Positions 17,278-26,917 of a stretch of DNA of 64,000 nucleotides are shown here, piece by piece; within the stretch, counting starts at the first letter, position 1, and each line of letters begins with the position of its first letter. This DNA is from a virus (taxonomy: Duplodnaviria > Caudoviricetes): positions 24,254 to 88,253 of IMG/VR virus record IMGVR_UViG_3300011335_000826, one strand, 5' to 3'. Under the pieces are notes generated by a model. That model was not told the origin of the DNA. It made no database searches and saw only the letters and a program-made list of their open reading frames with translations. A program made the position numbers and the translations under genes.

Positions 17278-18297
17278 ATGACAGAACCTATAGCAGTGGA
17301 ATTCAGCGGAGATTGCTGGAATAATCCCACTCGATTCCAACAACAGATTGACCAACATCCTGCCGGAGAACCATTGGTCCTAGATTTCCGCAGTGAAGGG
17401 CCTGGCCTTGGAGTGTTAGGAGTCACTGATGTGATTGATGCCTGGCTTGCAAATAGACACTTGCCCCCAGAAACTGTTCATTTGACACGATGGAACAATC
17501 CAGTGGAATTTGTGCCATATCAAAGAACCAAAGACAACCGGATAAGTCATTTTTTCTTCATGGTCCGAGACTATTGGCAATCTGAAATTTCTGTTGAACA
17601 ACTACGGTATCAAAGACTATTTGGATTGTTCATCGGGCGGATGAGCTTGAGTAGAGCTGTTATTTTACATCAGGCATACGGAGATAATGTTTTTACCAGT
17701 TTGATGAATCACATCCAACCATTGCCTTGGAAACAGCCTCCCATTGATCGTCGAAATCTAGAGAATCTATCTGATTGGATGTTACCAAATGACCAATACA
17801 AGATGTTTTCTTGGTATGATCAAAAACCAGTGTCCAGTGTGGATAACAAATCTGTTAGAGATCAATTTGTCACTCCTACTTCATACTCAGATACCAATGC
17901 CAGTTTATTGCAGCATTATTATAATTTTGCCGTAGAGATAGTATGCGAAACTTATACTTTGGGTGATACATTTTTTCCTACAGAAAAAACCATACGCCCC
18001 ATCATGGCTGCCAAACCCATCATGGTATACGCACCTCGTTACTATCTAGCAAGATTGCGAAGCCTGGGATTCCGTACCTATGGTACCATCTGGGATGAGA
18101 GTTATGATCTATACCAAGGTCCTGCTCGTTGGCACCTCATGCAAAAAAGCATGAAAACATTGATGGAATGCAGCCGAGACGACCAACATCGAATGTTGAC
18201 ACAGGCCAACGAAATTGCCATGTATAACAGACAACATCTCAGCAAGATTTGTAATCACCAAATTGATTTAAGAAAACATGATTATACAAGAATTTAA
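17278..18297 (+). CDS. Putative glycosyltransferase-like protein (TEK family paralogue 2)
   Basis: EIVCET...FPTEKTIRPI...GFRTY..IWDESYD. Confidence 0.6.
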   Translation: MTEPIAVEFSGDCWNNPTRFQQQIDQHPAGEPLVLDFRSEGPGLGVLGVTDVIDAWLANRHLPPETVHLTRWNNPVEFVPYQRTKDNRISHFFFMVRDYWQSEISVEQLRYQRLFGLFIGRMSLSRAVILHQAYGDNVFTSLMNHIQPLPWKQPPIDRRNLENLSDWMLPNDQYKMFSWYDQKPVSSVDNKSVRDQFVTPTSYSDTNASLLQHYYNFAVEIVCETYTLGDTFFPTEKTIRPIMAAKPIMVYAPRYYLARLRSLGFRTYGTIWDESYDLYQGPARWHLMQKSMKTLMECSRDDQHRMLTQANEIAMYNRQHLSKICNHQIDLRKHDYTRI

Positions 18298-19270
18298 CAA
18301 CGGCTGGGGATCAGTTTGGACCCTTAAAAAATTCGAACAGCACATAGTTGATAGTTTATTACGACATATCGCATTGGATCAGAATCGCACTGTGGTGATA
18401 AATTCAGTTTGGTATTCTACTGAATATCATCAACAAGTGCTAACCTGGTTGAGAAGCAATCCAGTAGACAGAATTGTACTTGTGGCCATGCTAGATCAAG
18501 CCATACCTCAACCAGAGTGGTACAGTGAATTTGACTGTGAAGTATTGGCCGTGGGATATTATCCAGGAGAACACTTTGTAGATTTTTGTGCGATATTTGT
18601 AGATCATTATTTGACAGCACCTCACTTGGACATACTGTGTGACTCGACTCAGATTGATACGGCCTATATGTGCCTGAACCGAAAACCGCATTGGCATAGG
18701 CGTAAATTATACAACAGATTAAAATCACTTGATATCGTCAAACATGGCATAGTAAGCATGGGCGGAGTCAATGGTCAAGCAGAACAATTACTGGATGTTG
18801 ATCGAGATCATGATACACTGGCACCCAACCCAGGAAAAGAACACTACGGCCCACCCAACGACATTGTGAGTCTAGGGCACATCAAGAATTGGCAACGGCA
18901 CTTGGTCAACATAGTCACTGAAACTGGCTATGATATAAATCGATCTGGATTTGTGAGCGAAAAGATTTATAAACCCATGGTAGGGTGTAGACCCTTCTTG
19001 GTGTATGATCCAGATGGTGGCACACGCTGGTTACAGGATCGTGGGTTTGAAACTTATGTTAAGGATTTCACAGACATCACTGATCTTGATTTGGCAATCC
19101 CGGATAACATCGCAGCCTTTTTGGTGGTGTTATGTGAGCAGACTCCAGAATATTGGCGAGCCAAATATCTTGCTCTAGAGGAAAAAATCCTATACAATAA
19201 ACATCACTTCACTGATTATGTAAAAGATCAGTGGATCAAAATCAACCAAGGAATACCATGTCAAGTTTAG
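18278..19270 (+). CDS. Putative glycosyltransferase-like protein (TEK family paralogue 3)
   Basis: [16 protein letters not shown]...VSEKIYKPM...RPF...GFET. Confidence 0.6.
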   Translation: MIIQEFNNGWGSVWTLKKFEQHIVDSLLRHIALDQNRTVVINSVWYSTEYHQQVLTWLRSNPVDRIVLVAMLDQAIPQPEWYSEFDCEVLAVGYYPGEHFVDFCAIFVDHYLTAPHLDILCDSTQIDTAYMCLNRKPHWHRRKLYNRLKSLDIVKHGIVSMGGVNGQAEQLLDVDRDHDTLAPNPGKEHYGPPNDIVSLGHIKNWQRHLVNIVTETGYDINRSGFVSEKIYKPMVGCRPFLVYDPDGGTRWLQDRGFETYVKDFTDITDLDLAIPDNIAAFLVVLCEQTPEYWRAKYLALEEKILYNKHHFTDYVKDQWIKINQGIPCQV

Positions 19271-19842
19271 TACCTATAGTTCTCGAACAAACCTCCAAAG
19301 GTGAACGCAGTTATGATATCTACAGTCGATTGTTGCGTGACCGCGTGATCATGCTGGACGGAGAAGTGCATGGACACAGTTCTAGTCTAGTGTGTGCTCA
19401 ATTGCTGTTTCTGGAAGCGGACAATCCCGACAAAGACATCAGCTTGTACATCAATTCGCCCGGTGGATCAGTCACAGCAGGCATGGCCATCTACGATACC
19501 ATGCAGTTCATCAAGCCCGATATCATGACCATCGTGATGGGTCAAGCAGCGTCAATGGGCTCACTGTTGGCAAGTGCTGGCGCAAAAGGCAAACGCTATA
19601 TCCTGCCTAATGCACGACACATGATCCATCAACCCTTGGGCGGTGCGTCAGGGCAAGCCACAGATGTGGAAATCCAAGCTCGTGAACTGTTGCGTTGGAA
19701 GAAAGTTCTGACTGATATCTATGTCACGCACACTGGCAAATCCTATGACACTTTACGAGCAGACATGGAGCGTGACAACTTCATGACTGCGGAAGAAGCC
19801 GTAGCCTATGGACTAGCCGACAAGGTGATCACTAAACGATAA
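19258..19842 (+). CDS. clpP: ATP-dependent Clp protease proteolytic subunit ClpP
   Basis: [44 protein letters not shown]. Confidence 0.97.
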   Translation: MSSLVPIVLEQTSKGERSYDIYSRLLRDRVIMLDGEVHGHSSSLVCAQLLFLEADNPDKDISLYINSPGGSVTAGMAIYDTMQFIKPDIMTIVMGQAASMGSLLASAGAKGKRYILPNARHMIHQPLGGASGQATDVEIQARELLRWKKVLTDIYVTHTGKSYDTLRADMERDNFMTAEEAVAYGLADKVITKR

Positions 19843-19843
19843 C

Positions 19844-21133
19844 ATGTCTTTACCACAGACTTTTTGCTCTAGCCCTTGGACGCATATGAAAATAGCTTCC
19901 AACGGCCAGATGAAATATTGTCGTTGGAGTAGCTTAACAGGAAAGATAACCCAAGATTCGCCAGTGATCGGTGACCTTCATCCACTAACTTTCTTCCAAA
20001 AAAATATGTCCGTAGAGCGGCAAGCCATTCTAGATGGCCAGCCTTTGGATGGATGCAATGATTGCTATGTGATGGAGAAGTATAGCAAGGTCAGTGGGCG
20101 ACAAAAACAATTATTGAAGACTGGAATCACAGTAAAAGATTTCGCTAAGAGTTGTGCGAGCAGTACATTTGCAACAGAATTTGAAAAATCTCTACAGCAA
20201 GGACACACGGATCTGGTTCCATTGGATTGGCAGATTGATCTTGGTAATCATTGCAATAGCGCCTGTGTGATGTGTGCTCCTGCATCCAGCTCAAGATTAG
20301 CGTCGGAGTTCCATCGCATTGGATTTATCGATAAATTACCAGTGTTGAACTGGACTGAAGATTCGCGCCGTGTTGATGTGTTGATTGATGTGTTGAGCAA
20401 AACTTCTGATTTAGCATACTTACATTTCATCGGTGGAGAGACCTTGATCACCCCGGGGTTCAAAAAAATACTACGGGCATTGATGAAACATGAGTTCCGT
20501 CATAACATCACCGTGGGTCTCACTACCAATCTCACAGTATGGGATCCTGAGATAAATCACATGCTGTGCGAGTTCAAACAAGTGAATCTTGGAATGAGCA
20601 TAGACTCAATGACCCGGGTCAATGACTATGTGAGATACCCAAGCGAGATCCAATCCGTGACCGAGATCATGCATCAGTGGATTGATCTCAGCAGAGAACA
20701 CGACTGGATTCCCACCATCCGCACCACCCCTACTGCACTGACCGCAGGCGAATTGTTGGATATCTATAAGTTTGCATCCAAACATCAGATAGGGATAGAA
20801 AGTTGCAATTTCTTGGATGAGCCGCAGGTTCTTCGCATGTCGGTGTTACCACCGAGCATACGCCAACAGATCAGTGGCCAGATACAACATTGGTTACAAG
20901 ATCAGAAAATTGATGCCACAACTGTGATTAACAATCGAGATCCTAGCCATGTGCAACAAAGTATATTGCAAGATGCTGCAAGTTATGTAAACTATCTTGA
21001 TCACTGCCCTGATGAAACACATCAATTGACAGCCATGACACAGTATCTAAAAAAACTAGACCAATCGCGTGGCAACTGTGTGTTAGACTATCTACCTGAA
21101 TATGAAGAACTTTTCAGATCTTCTGGCTACTGA
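19844..21133 (+). CDS. Radical SAM protein with N-terminal SPASM/twitch-like domain
   Basis: FCSSPW...KYCRW...CNDCY, then CNSACVMC (CxxxCxxC) and GGETL. Confidence 0.85.
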   Translation: MSLPQTFCSSPWTHMKIASNGQMKYCRWSSLTGKITQDSPVIGDLHPLTFFQKNMSVERQAILDGQPLDGCNDCYVMEKYSKVSGRQKQLLKTGITVKDFAKSCASSTFATEFEKSLQQGHTDLVPLDWQIDLGNHCNSACVMCAPASSSRLASEFHRIGFIDKLPVLNWTEDSRRVDVLIDVLSKTSDLAYLHFIGGETLITPGFKKILRALMKHEFRHNITVGLTTNLTVWDPEINHMLCEFKQVNLGMSIDSMTRVNDYVRYPSEIQSVTEIMHQWIDLSREHDWIPTIRTTPTALTAGELLDIYKFASKHQIGIESCNFLDEPQVLRMSVLPPSIRQQISGQIQHWLQDQKIDATTVINNRDPSHVQQSILQDAASYVNYLDHCPDETHQLTAMTQYLKKLDQSRGNCVLDYLPEYEELFRSSGY

Positions 21134-21551
21134 TCTACATCTAGATCTTGAGTTGATAGTGGAACCTGTTGGTCGTCCAGATGTAGAAATTTGGGTAAAT
21201 CAACAGTTAATACATCAAGGGCAATTATCGGAATCTATCACAGTATCAAAACAATTACCATTGCTGAAAGAATTTTCAGTCGCGGTGAAGTTGAAAAACA
21301 AAGTATACAGTCAAGAATCTGAAACAGCGGTGGTATTAAACCAGTTATCTATTGATGGATTTGATATCATCCCACAGTTTACACATCTGGCACGATATGT
21401 CAATGATCATGTATTCACTGACCCCACTTGTTATCTTGGATTCAATGGCGAGTGGAGATTGGAAGTAACTAAACCATTCTATCAATGGCAACATGAAATA
21501 ACCAGTCAAGGTTGGTTATTTCAACCCTGCAGAATCACTGAGATTCTTTGA
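21102..21551 (+). CDS. Hypothetical protein
   Basis: ORF track, YLGFNGEW motif, overlaps the radical SAM stop. Confidence 0.7.
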   Translation: MKNFSDLLATDLHLDLELIVEPVGRPDVEIWVNQQLIHQGQLSESITVSKQLPLLKEFSVAVKLKNKVYSQESETAVVLNQLSIDGFDIIPQFTHLARYVNDHVFTDPTCYLGFNGEWRLEVTKPFYQWQHEITSQGWLFQPCRITEIL

Positions 21552-21837
21552 ATGTATCTGCTAATATTTTAAATCCGGTACCACTTTGCAATACACAGGC
21601 CATGGTCTGATCGTATTGAACCACGGTCCAGGTCAGAGTTTGGGTGTTTTGTAATATCATGGTATGAGTTCCTGTTTGAGGATCTGCTCCGGCCCATATG
21701 GGTTTTTCTTGGGCATTTTGGGTCAACGCCGAGATCACAAATTGAGTTTTGCCGCAGGTAAATCTGCGTTCATATTCAGATAACTGAGCATGAGCAATTG
21801 AGCATATCAAAACGAGTGCGACAAATATGTATTTCAT
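21535..21837 (-). CDS. Small secreted protein
   Basis: Signal peptide AHA, two Cys, TAAGTA upstream. Confidence 0.7.
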   Translation of the reverse strand: MKYIFVALVLICSIAHAQLSEYERRFTCGKTQFVISALTQNAQEKPIWAGADPQTGTHTMILQNTQTLTWTVVQYDQTMACVLQSGTGFKILADTFKESQ

Positions 21838-21888
21838 GTTACAGATACTTATGAAATGCCACTCAAAATTGCCAACTTGAATTGGTGA

Positions 21889-21976
21889 AAAATCGCAACT
21901 TTTGTTGGATTCTTTGGTTGACCACTAATGCCCGAAATGCTATAATACACGCATGTTCAGCAAAAAGGAGTTCCAA
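21889..21976 (+). promoter_or_regulatory. Repeated early promoter module, copy 1
   Basis: AAAATCGCAACTTT-N15-TTGACC-N17-TATAAT-ACACGCATG-TTCAGCAAAAAGGAGT. Same layout at 34657. Confidence 0.8.
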
Positions 21977-22249
21977 ATGGATATCAAAGCAATCAACACC
22001 GCGATCATCACTGGTTCTTTTACCAACGATCAACTGACATCAATCATCGATGCTGTAAAATATGCTCGTAGCCAACTGATCAAGACCAATGTCCGCAGTT
22101 TCTCTGTGGGCGACAAGGTCCGGTTCACCAGCAACAAAAACGGCATGACTTATGTTGGTGAAGTGGAGAAGGTCAAACTGAAGTTTGTGCTGGTCAAGAC
22201 GCCCACTACTCGTTGGAATGTGCCTGCCAACATGCTGGAAGCCGCATAA
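21977..22249 (+). CDS. Small SH3/KOW-like early protein
   Basis: FSVGDKVRF...GEVEKVK.K...V...W. Start placed after AAGGAG. Confidence 0.7.
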   Translation: MDIKAINTAIITGSFTNDQLTSIIDAVKYARSQLIKTNVRSFSVGDKVRFTSNKNGMTYVGEVEKVKLKFVLVKTPTTRWNVPANMLEAA

Positions 22250-22254
22250 AGCGG

Positions 22255-22283
22255 TTGACCAGAAACAGATCGAGTGCTATAAT
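22255..22283 (+). promoter_or_regulatory. Sigma70-type early promoter
   Basis: TTGACC-N17-TATAAT. Confidence 0.85.
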
Positions 22284-22397
22284 ACACACATAGACAAACA
22301 AGGTTGCTCCAAAAAGCGAGACACGCGAAAGCAAAAAGTCAAGCAAGGAGCATTAAATGGGCAGAGCCCAGCCAATCTTTTTAACCTGGAGAACAGC

Positions 22398-22664
22398 ATG
22401 ACAGCATTGCAAGCATACATCAACCAGAAGAACAAGTGGAACGCCATCTTCAAGGGTGAGCAGTTTGAACTTGAAACAGCCAAAGGTCGTCAACGAGTAG
22501 CAGACAGTCTGGATGCAGACTTGAGTCCCGAGAACCTAACCTGCGATGGCGAACTGAGCCGTAGCCAGATTCGGGCCAAGCATAGTGCCCTGACAGCGGC
22601 TGCAACTGAGTTGTTCCGCATGGATCCTAGCGTTCGAATCTACGAACTTTACACTGGAGAATAA
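22398..22664 (+). CDS. Early hypothetical protein
   Basis: LSPENLTCDGEL motif, SD GGAG, ATG 22398. Confidence 0.75.
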   Translation: MTALQAYINQKNKWNAIFKGEQFELETAKGRQRVADSLDADLSPENLTCDGELSRSQIRAKHSALTAAATELFRMDPSVRIYELYTGE

Positions 22665-22665
22665 C

Positions 22666-22884
22666 ATGAACCAAATTACCTCAGCCGTTGGCGCATTCAT
22701 TATCGTAGTCGCAGGTGCTCTGTTCGTATCCTTCCTACTGGCCTGGCCTGTGATGGAACTGTGGAATGGTTGCCTTGTGCCCGCAGTCAACGGTGTCAAC
22801 AAGATTGAGTGGCTACAGGCATGGGGCCTGCAATTCCTGATCAACATGCTGTTCAAAGTTTCTATCGTCAACAAGAAGGGCTAA
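22666..22884 (+). CDS. Small membrane protein
   Basis: Two hydrophobic segments, MELWN...WLQAWGL. Confidence 0.75.
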   Translation: MNQITSAVGAFIIVVAGALFVSFLLAWPVMELWNGCLVPAVNGVNKIEWLQAWGLQFLINMLFKVSIVNKKG

Positions 22885-22885
22885 C

Positions 22886-23116
22886 ATGAACTTGAAAATT
22901 AAAGCACTCGTCCACACCGTAGGTCTCATTGTGGGGACCATTGCGGTCTCCCTAGGACTTACTTACATTGGCAGTCTATTGACACGCGACCAGGTGGGCT
23001 GGATCCTGGCATCAGCAGTAGTTGGAGGTTTTATCTACCTGGTGTATGGAATCATGCTGAGCCGCCTAGAGTATCGAGCCGCTTTGGAAAAAATCAATCA
23101 ACCGGTGGACGAATGA
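22886..23116 (+). CDS. Small membrane protein
   Basis: Two transmembrane segments. Confidence 0.7.
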   Translation: MNLKIKALVHTVGLIVGTIAVSLGLTYIGSLLTRDQVGWILASAVVGGFIYLVYGIMLSRLEYRAALEKINQPVDE

Positions 23117-23280
23117 ATCAGTCATTCCGTGAGTGGCTGGCTGAACTGTGGCGTCAGAACTGCGACGAGCATGATGGTTGGGGCCAACCACGCTACACCC
23201 TGCAGGAATACTTCGCACGGTACAAGTGGTGGCTCAAGCGTGAATATCGATATCAACGCCACGCTCGCCGCGTGAGCTAA
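23113..23280 (+). CDS. Small hypothetical protein (55 aa)
   Basis: Read manually: MNQSFREWLAELW...YKWWLKREY. ATGA-coupled. Confidence 0.7.
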   Translation: MNQSFREWLAELWRQNCDEHDGWGQPRYTLQEYFARYKWWLKREYRYQRHARRVS

Positions 23281-23289
23281 GGACACAAG

Positions 23290-23637
23290 ATGAAATGGTT
23301 TGCTGAGACAACTGAGTGGAAGGACATGGCTCCCAACCATGTGTATCTCATGGATGATGCCAAGAGCAAAATGTTTGCTTATGTGCCACAAGGAGCCAGC
23401 TGCCCAACCATCTTCAAGGCACCTATCCGCATCGATATTCGTGGACGCAAATTCAAAATCAACCCTGTGCAGTTCAAGACTGATATAGCACCACCTGAGC
23501 CCGAAGGCCGTATTTGGGAAATCAAGGGTAGCAAGGGCGATATATACAAGGTCACTGAAGTGCGCGGCGAATATGCTTGCACCTGCTCGGGATTTAAATT
23601 CCGCGGTGACTGTAAACATATCAAACAAGTGCAATGA
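23290..23637 (+). CDS. SWIM zinc-finger protein
   Basis: GSKGDIYKV...CTCSGFKFRGDCKHI. Confidence 0.8.
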   Translation: MKWFAETTEWKDMAPNHVYLMDDAKSKMFAYVPQGASCPTIFKAPIRIDIRGRKFKINPVQFKTDIAPPEPEGRIWEIKGSKGDIYKVTEVRGEYACTCSGFKFRGDCKHIKQVQ

Positions 23638-24365
23638 CAACACCTGCATGGTTACCTGACAAAAGATATTATGAATATCTCAACCATAAGATACGCACCC
23701 CGGGCGTAGAATGGGACACTTGGCGTCCTTGGGATCAATGGACTTATCCAGATGAAGTGATTACATGGCTAAGTCATCTGATTGAAAAACAAATCCCCCA
23801 CATACAAAACCGCCGCGTTTTGGATGCTGGATGTGCTCAGGGCTTTGTGAGTCTGTTCTGTCTCCACAACAATGCCAGCTATGTGACTGGGCTGGATGTA
23901 AGAGATACCCCGCTGGAACTGGCCAGAGAAGTGACCCAGTTGGCCGGATATTCAAACTGCAACTTTAAGGTAGGGGACATCCAAGGTCCAGAATTTCGAA
24001 AGTTATGCGATGACCACGATACTGTGCTCATATCAGGAACACTGCAATATCTCACAGATCATTACTCTGTGCTACGCACCATTGCAGAATCCCGTGCCCA
24101 AACAGTTATACTGAATTCATGCACCTCGCCCATACATGCAGACTCCCAACCTGTGGTAGAATGGAGTTTGAAGCCCACCACACAGGTAGAAGAAGCAGAC
24201 TATAATCAACCATATCATCCAACACGCACTGAGCTATTTCTTGGCCAACCCAATCATACATGGACAGAACAGGCACTGCGCTCACTAGGATATAAAATCA
24301 CCTACAGTGAGATTTGGCAATACGGGCCTTGGATACACTATGTTCTAACAGGAACCAAATCATGA
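23634..24365 (+). CDS. Class I SAM-dependent methyltransferase
   Basis: VLDAGCAQG, VTGLD, FKVGDI, GTLQY. Confidence 0.85.
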   Translation: MTTPAWLPDKRYYEYLNHKIRTPGVEWDTWRPWDQWTYPDEVITWLSHLIEKQIPHIQNRRVLDAGCAQGFVSLFCLHNNASYVTGLDVRDTPLELAREVTQLAGYSNCNFKVGDIQGPEFRKLCDDHDTVLISGTLQYLTDHYSVLRTIAESRAQTVILNSCTSPIHADSQPVVEWSLKPTTQVEEADYNQPYHPTRTELFLGQPNHTWTEQALRSLGYKITYSEIWQYGPWIHYVLTGTKS

Positions 24366-24508
24366 TCTATGTATTTTATTTTGTGGTCGGTATGTATGCA
24401 ATATCCGTGGGTGGTGGATTGGCTGTGAGTTGGTTGATCCAGAGGTTTGGTACCTTTGGCTCGGATCATAGCCACACCAACATCAAACCACCCCAAAATC
24501 CCCAGTAA
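24362..24508 (+). CDS. Small membrane protein
   Basis: ATGA-coupled, single hydrophobic segment. Confidence 0.45.
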   Translation: MIYVFYFVVGMYAISVGGGLAVSWLIQRFGTFGSDHSHTNIKPPQNPQ

Positions 24509-24584
24509 ATCCTGCTATTGCTCGCAGTATCTGTAAATAAAATCCAGCACACTAACAATCGTGCTTAACAAAGGAGTTTATTTT

Positions 24585-24815
24585 ATGGACAATGTAATGA
24601 CAAAGGCAAATGGCCTACTTTCCGGTATCATCGATATCGGTATCAAACTGATTGCCGCTGGCGTGATTCTGCAGATTCTCTTCGGAGCCGCAGTTCCCTT
24701 CCTGGCAATCGATGTGACCGCAAGCCTGTTGAAATTCGTGGGTGCCCTGGGCAGCCAAGGATTGGTTGGTTTGGCAGCACTGGGCGTGATCTATTGGTCC
24801 TTCACTAAGAAGTAA
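24585..24815 (+). CDS. Small multi-pass membrane protein
   Basis: SD AAGGAG, ATG 24585, GLVGLAALG. Followed by a terminator. Confidence 0.75.
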   Translation: MDNVMTKANGLLSGIIDIGIKLIAAGVILQILFGAAVPFLAIDVTASLLKFVGALGSQGLVGLAALGVIYWSFTKK

Positions 24816-24833
24816 ACTCCAATAGCACAAACT

Positions 24834-24860
24834 AAAAAGCCCCTTAATGGGGCTTTTTTT
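24834..24860. terminator. Bidirectional terminator
   Basis: AAAAAGCCCC-TTAAT-GGGGCTTTTT between convergent genes. Confidence 0.85.
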
Positions 24861-25290
24861 ATTTGTAAATGTAGTTGATGGTGTTGGGATTTTCGCGCAG
24901 TTCTCTGGCACCATTCTTGAGATGGAATCGTCGAGCCATCTCGGTCTTGGGACTCAAGGTCACATAGGTCTGTATGCCAGGAAATTCGGTCTCTATCGAC
25001 TTTTGGGCTTCTTGGATCAACACACGGCCAGCACCAGCAGCATAACTCCAGATGGTGTAAAAAACCGCAGTTGTGGCACTCTCGACCAATTCGGCCATGT
25101 CTTCTACAGCAGCAGGAACCGATTCAAGGAACTTCACACAGGTAACTGCGGCAGTTTCCTCGCCTTGTTTCCAAACATAGATTCGACTATTGCTGTTCAC
25201 ACGGTCGCTGAGCGGTATCTCGGGCCGCACCGGGTCGTCTTTGATGAGATTCAATAGGTAGTCGTTGGGTTGGGTGATGGTGTGTAACAT
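24859..25290 (-). CDS. GNAT-fold protein
   Basis: AVFYTIWSY..GAGR.LI...VTLSP...RFHLKNGA, an acetyl-CoA-binding-like pattern. Confidence 0.6.
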   Translation of the reverse strand: MLHTITQPNDYLLNLIKDDPVRPEIPLSDRVNSNSRIYVWKQGEETAAVTCVKFLESVPAAVEDMAELVESATTAVFYTIWSYAAGAGRVLIQEAQKSIETEFPGIQTYVTLSPKTEMARRFHLKNGARELRENPNTINYIYK

Positions 25291-25369
25291 GGGTGCCTCC
25301 GGTTACACGGTTATTTATGTGCGCCGTTTATTTTTTAGATATTTTGGCAAAGTTGATTGCCAAAAAGTA

Positions 25370-25422
25370 TTGCACATCAGTTACAGATCGCTTATACTGT
25401 GATCATGCTGTGGCAACAGCAT
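25370..25422 (+). promoter_or_regulatory. Early promoter plus leader hairpin
   Basis: TTGCAC-N17-TATACT, then ATGCTGT-GGCA-ACAGCAT. Confidence 0.65.
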
Positions 25423-25443
25423 CTTTCATAGGAGATTAAAAAT

Positions 25444-25707
25444 ATGCGAATTAGCGAAAACACCAAGACCTTCAAACTGTTCACAGCCCTGCAAGCAGGC
25501 GAAAGCGTGAGCCCCAGCCAAGCTGAAAAGCGTTTTGGTATCAAGAACATGAGTGCTGAGATCAGCCGTGTGCGTCAAGCAGGTTTTGCAGTTTATGCGA
25601 ACCGTCGTGTGGCTGCTAACCATGTTGCAGTGACCGAATACCGTATCGGTAAGCCAAGCCGCAAACTGGTGGCTGCTGGTTACCGAGCAATGGCGTTGGG
25701 TCTGTAA
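25444..25707 (+). CDS. Winged helix-turn-helix protein
   Basis: L..L..G..VSPSQAEKRFGI.N.SA.IS.VR..GF. Confidence 0.75.
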   Translation: MRISENTKTFKLFTALQAGESVSPSQAEKRFGIKNMSAEISRVRQAGFAVYANRRVAANHVAVTEYRIGKPSRKLVAAGYRAMALGL

Positions 25708-25729
25708 TCTTTCGAGATTAGCCCGGAAC

Positions 25730-25755
25730 AAAACCCTGCATTGGCAGGGTTTTTT
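25730..25755 (+). terminator. Rho-independent terminator
   Basis: AAAACCCTGC-ATTG-GCAGGGTTTTTT. Confidence 0.85.
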
Positions 25756-25756
25756 C

Positions 25757-25785
25757 TTGACCAGAAATCCAACTTCGTGTATACT
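25757..25785 (+). promoter_or_regulatory. Sigma70-type early promoter
   Basis: TTGACC-N17-TATACT. Confidence 0.8.
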
Positions 25786-25807
25786 ACACAGGTAAAGGAA
25801 TCAATGG

Positions 25808-26260
25808 ATGATCAAACAACTTTTTACCCGATTAGGCCGCTATCGCGTTATCCGTGATCGGCTAGATGATGAACCCTACTTGGAACGCTACTATGTGTTC
25901 CTCAAAGACCGTGAGCGTTTTCCGTTCAACATGTTTGTGCATAAGTTCTTGAAGTCAGATCCAGACGATGTGCATGATCATCCGTGGCCATTTGCCACTC
26001 TGATCTTGAAAGGTGGCTATTGGGAATGGACACCCACTTTTGACGCCGAAGGTCGCAAAACAGGCGAAGTGGCTCGTTGGTATGGTGCGGGCAGTTTCCG
26101 CACAGCACGAGCCAACACCTATCACAGGATCGAACTGGATCCTGCTATCACATGCTGGACATTGTTCATGCCCGGTCCCAAACAGCGTGATTGGGGCTTC
26201 TTGGTGCGGAATCAGTGGATCCAGTGGGAACAATATCTTAAACAAAGGAAAGCAGCATGA
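25808..26260 (+). CDS. Cupin-fold protein
   Basis: HKF..SD..DVHDHPW...GGYWE...YHRIEL. Confidence 0.75.
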   Translation: MIKQLFTRLGRYRVIRDRLDDEPYLERYYVFLKDRERFPFNMFVHKFLKSDPDDVHDHPWPFATLILKGGYWEWTPTFDAEGRKTGEVARWYGAGSFRTARANTYHRIELDPAITCWTLFMPGPKQRDWGFLVRNQWIQWEQYLKQRKAA

Positions 26261-26574
26261 ACTGGTTTAAAAAGATGGTAGCCAAGTGGGTAAAGGAAGA
26301 TTGGGAAAATGCTGGCATTACCAGCATGGAAGCCAATTCTCTAATCAAACCTCGCCGAGGCTTATCGGTTCAGAGCAATAGTGATAGCATTGATGGCCAC
26401 GCAGGCTTGAACATCACTGTGATGAGTGCAATCGGTGGCAAGATCGTCACATTCCGGCACTACGACCGCCGCAAAGACGACACCAACTATCGCCATTATG
26501 TGATCCCGGACGAACTGGATTTTGAACGCGAACTGGGCAAGATGATCACAATGGAATCAATCCGTCAAGCATAA
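26257..26574 (+). CDS. Hypothetical protein
   Basis: ATGA-coupled, AIGGKIV motif. Confidence 0.75.
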   Translation: MNWFKKMVAKWVKEDWENAGITSMEANSLIKPRRGLSVQSNSDSIDGHAGLNITVMSAIGGKIVTFRHYDRRKDDTNYRHYVIPDELDFERELGKMITMESIRQA

Positions 26575-26581
26575 CTACATC

Positions 26582-26917
26582 ATGATAGACTTTATTATAC
26601 CCGTTTTTGTTGGTGTGGTTCTTGGTGTGATGATCCTGCAATTGATCAACATCTACCGAGCCTGGCGTGAGTTCAATGAGACAGATCACGAGGTGGAAGA
26701 GTTTGTGGATAAAATGGTAAAACAAAAGTTGATTATTTTGGATATAGAGGCCGTAGACGGGCAGTTTATGTGTTATAATAGTCTAACGAAAGAATTCGTG
26801 TGCATGGGGCAAAATATGACGGAAGTGCAAGAAAGATTCCGACAACGCTATCCTCACAAGGAAGCAGCCTTGATCAAAGAGGACCCTGTGGCACAACAAC
26901 TGAAAGCAACTGTATGA
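26582..26917 (+). CDS. Hypothetical protein with N-terminal membrane anchor
   Basis: ORF track, hydrophobic N-terminus. Confidence 0.7.
   Translation: MIDFIIPVFVGVVLGVMILQLINIYRAWREFNETDHEVEEFVDKMVKQKLIILDIEAVDGQFMCYNSLTKEFVCMGQNMTEVQERFRQRYPHKEAALIKEDPVAQQLKATV

Noticed and set aside
24533-24549. LexA box (CTG-N10-CAG), here and near uvsE
   Set aside because: The spacing here is 11 rather than 10, and uvsE is operon-internal with no box upstream.
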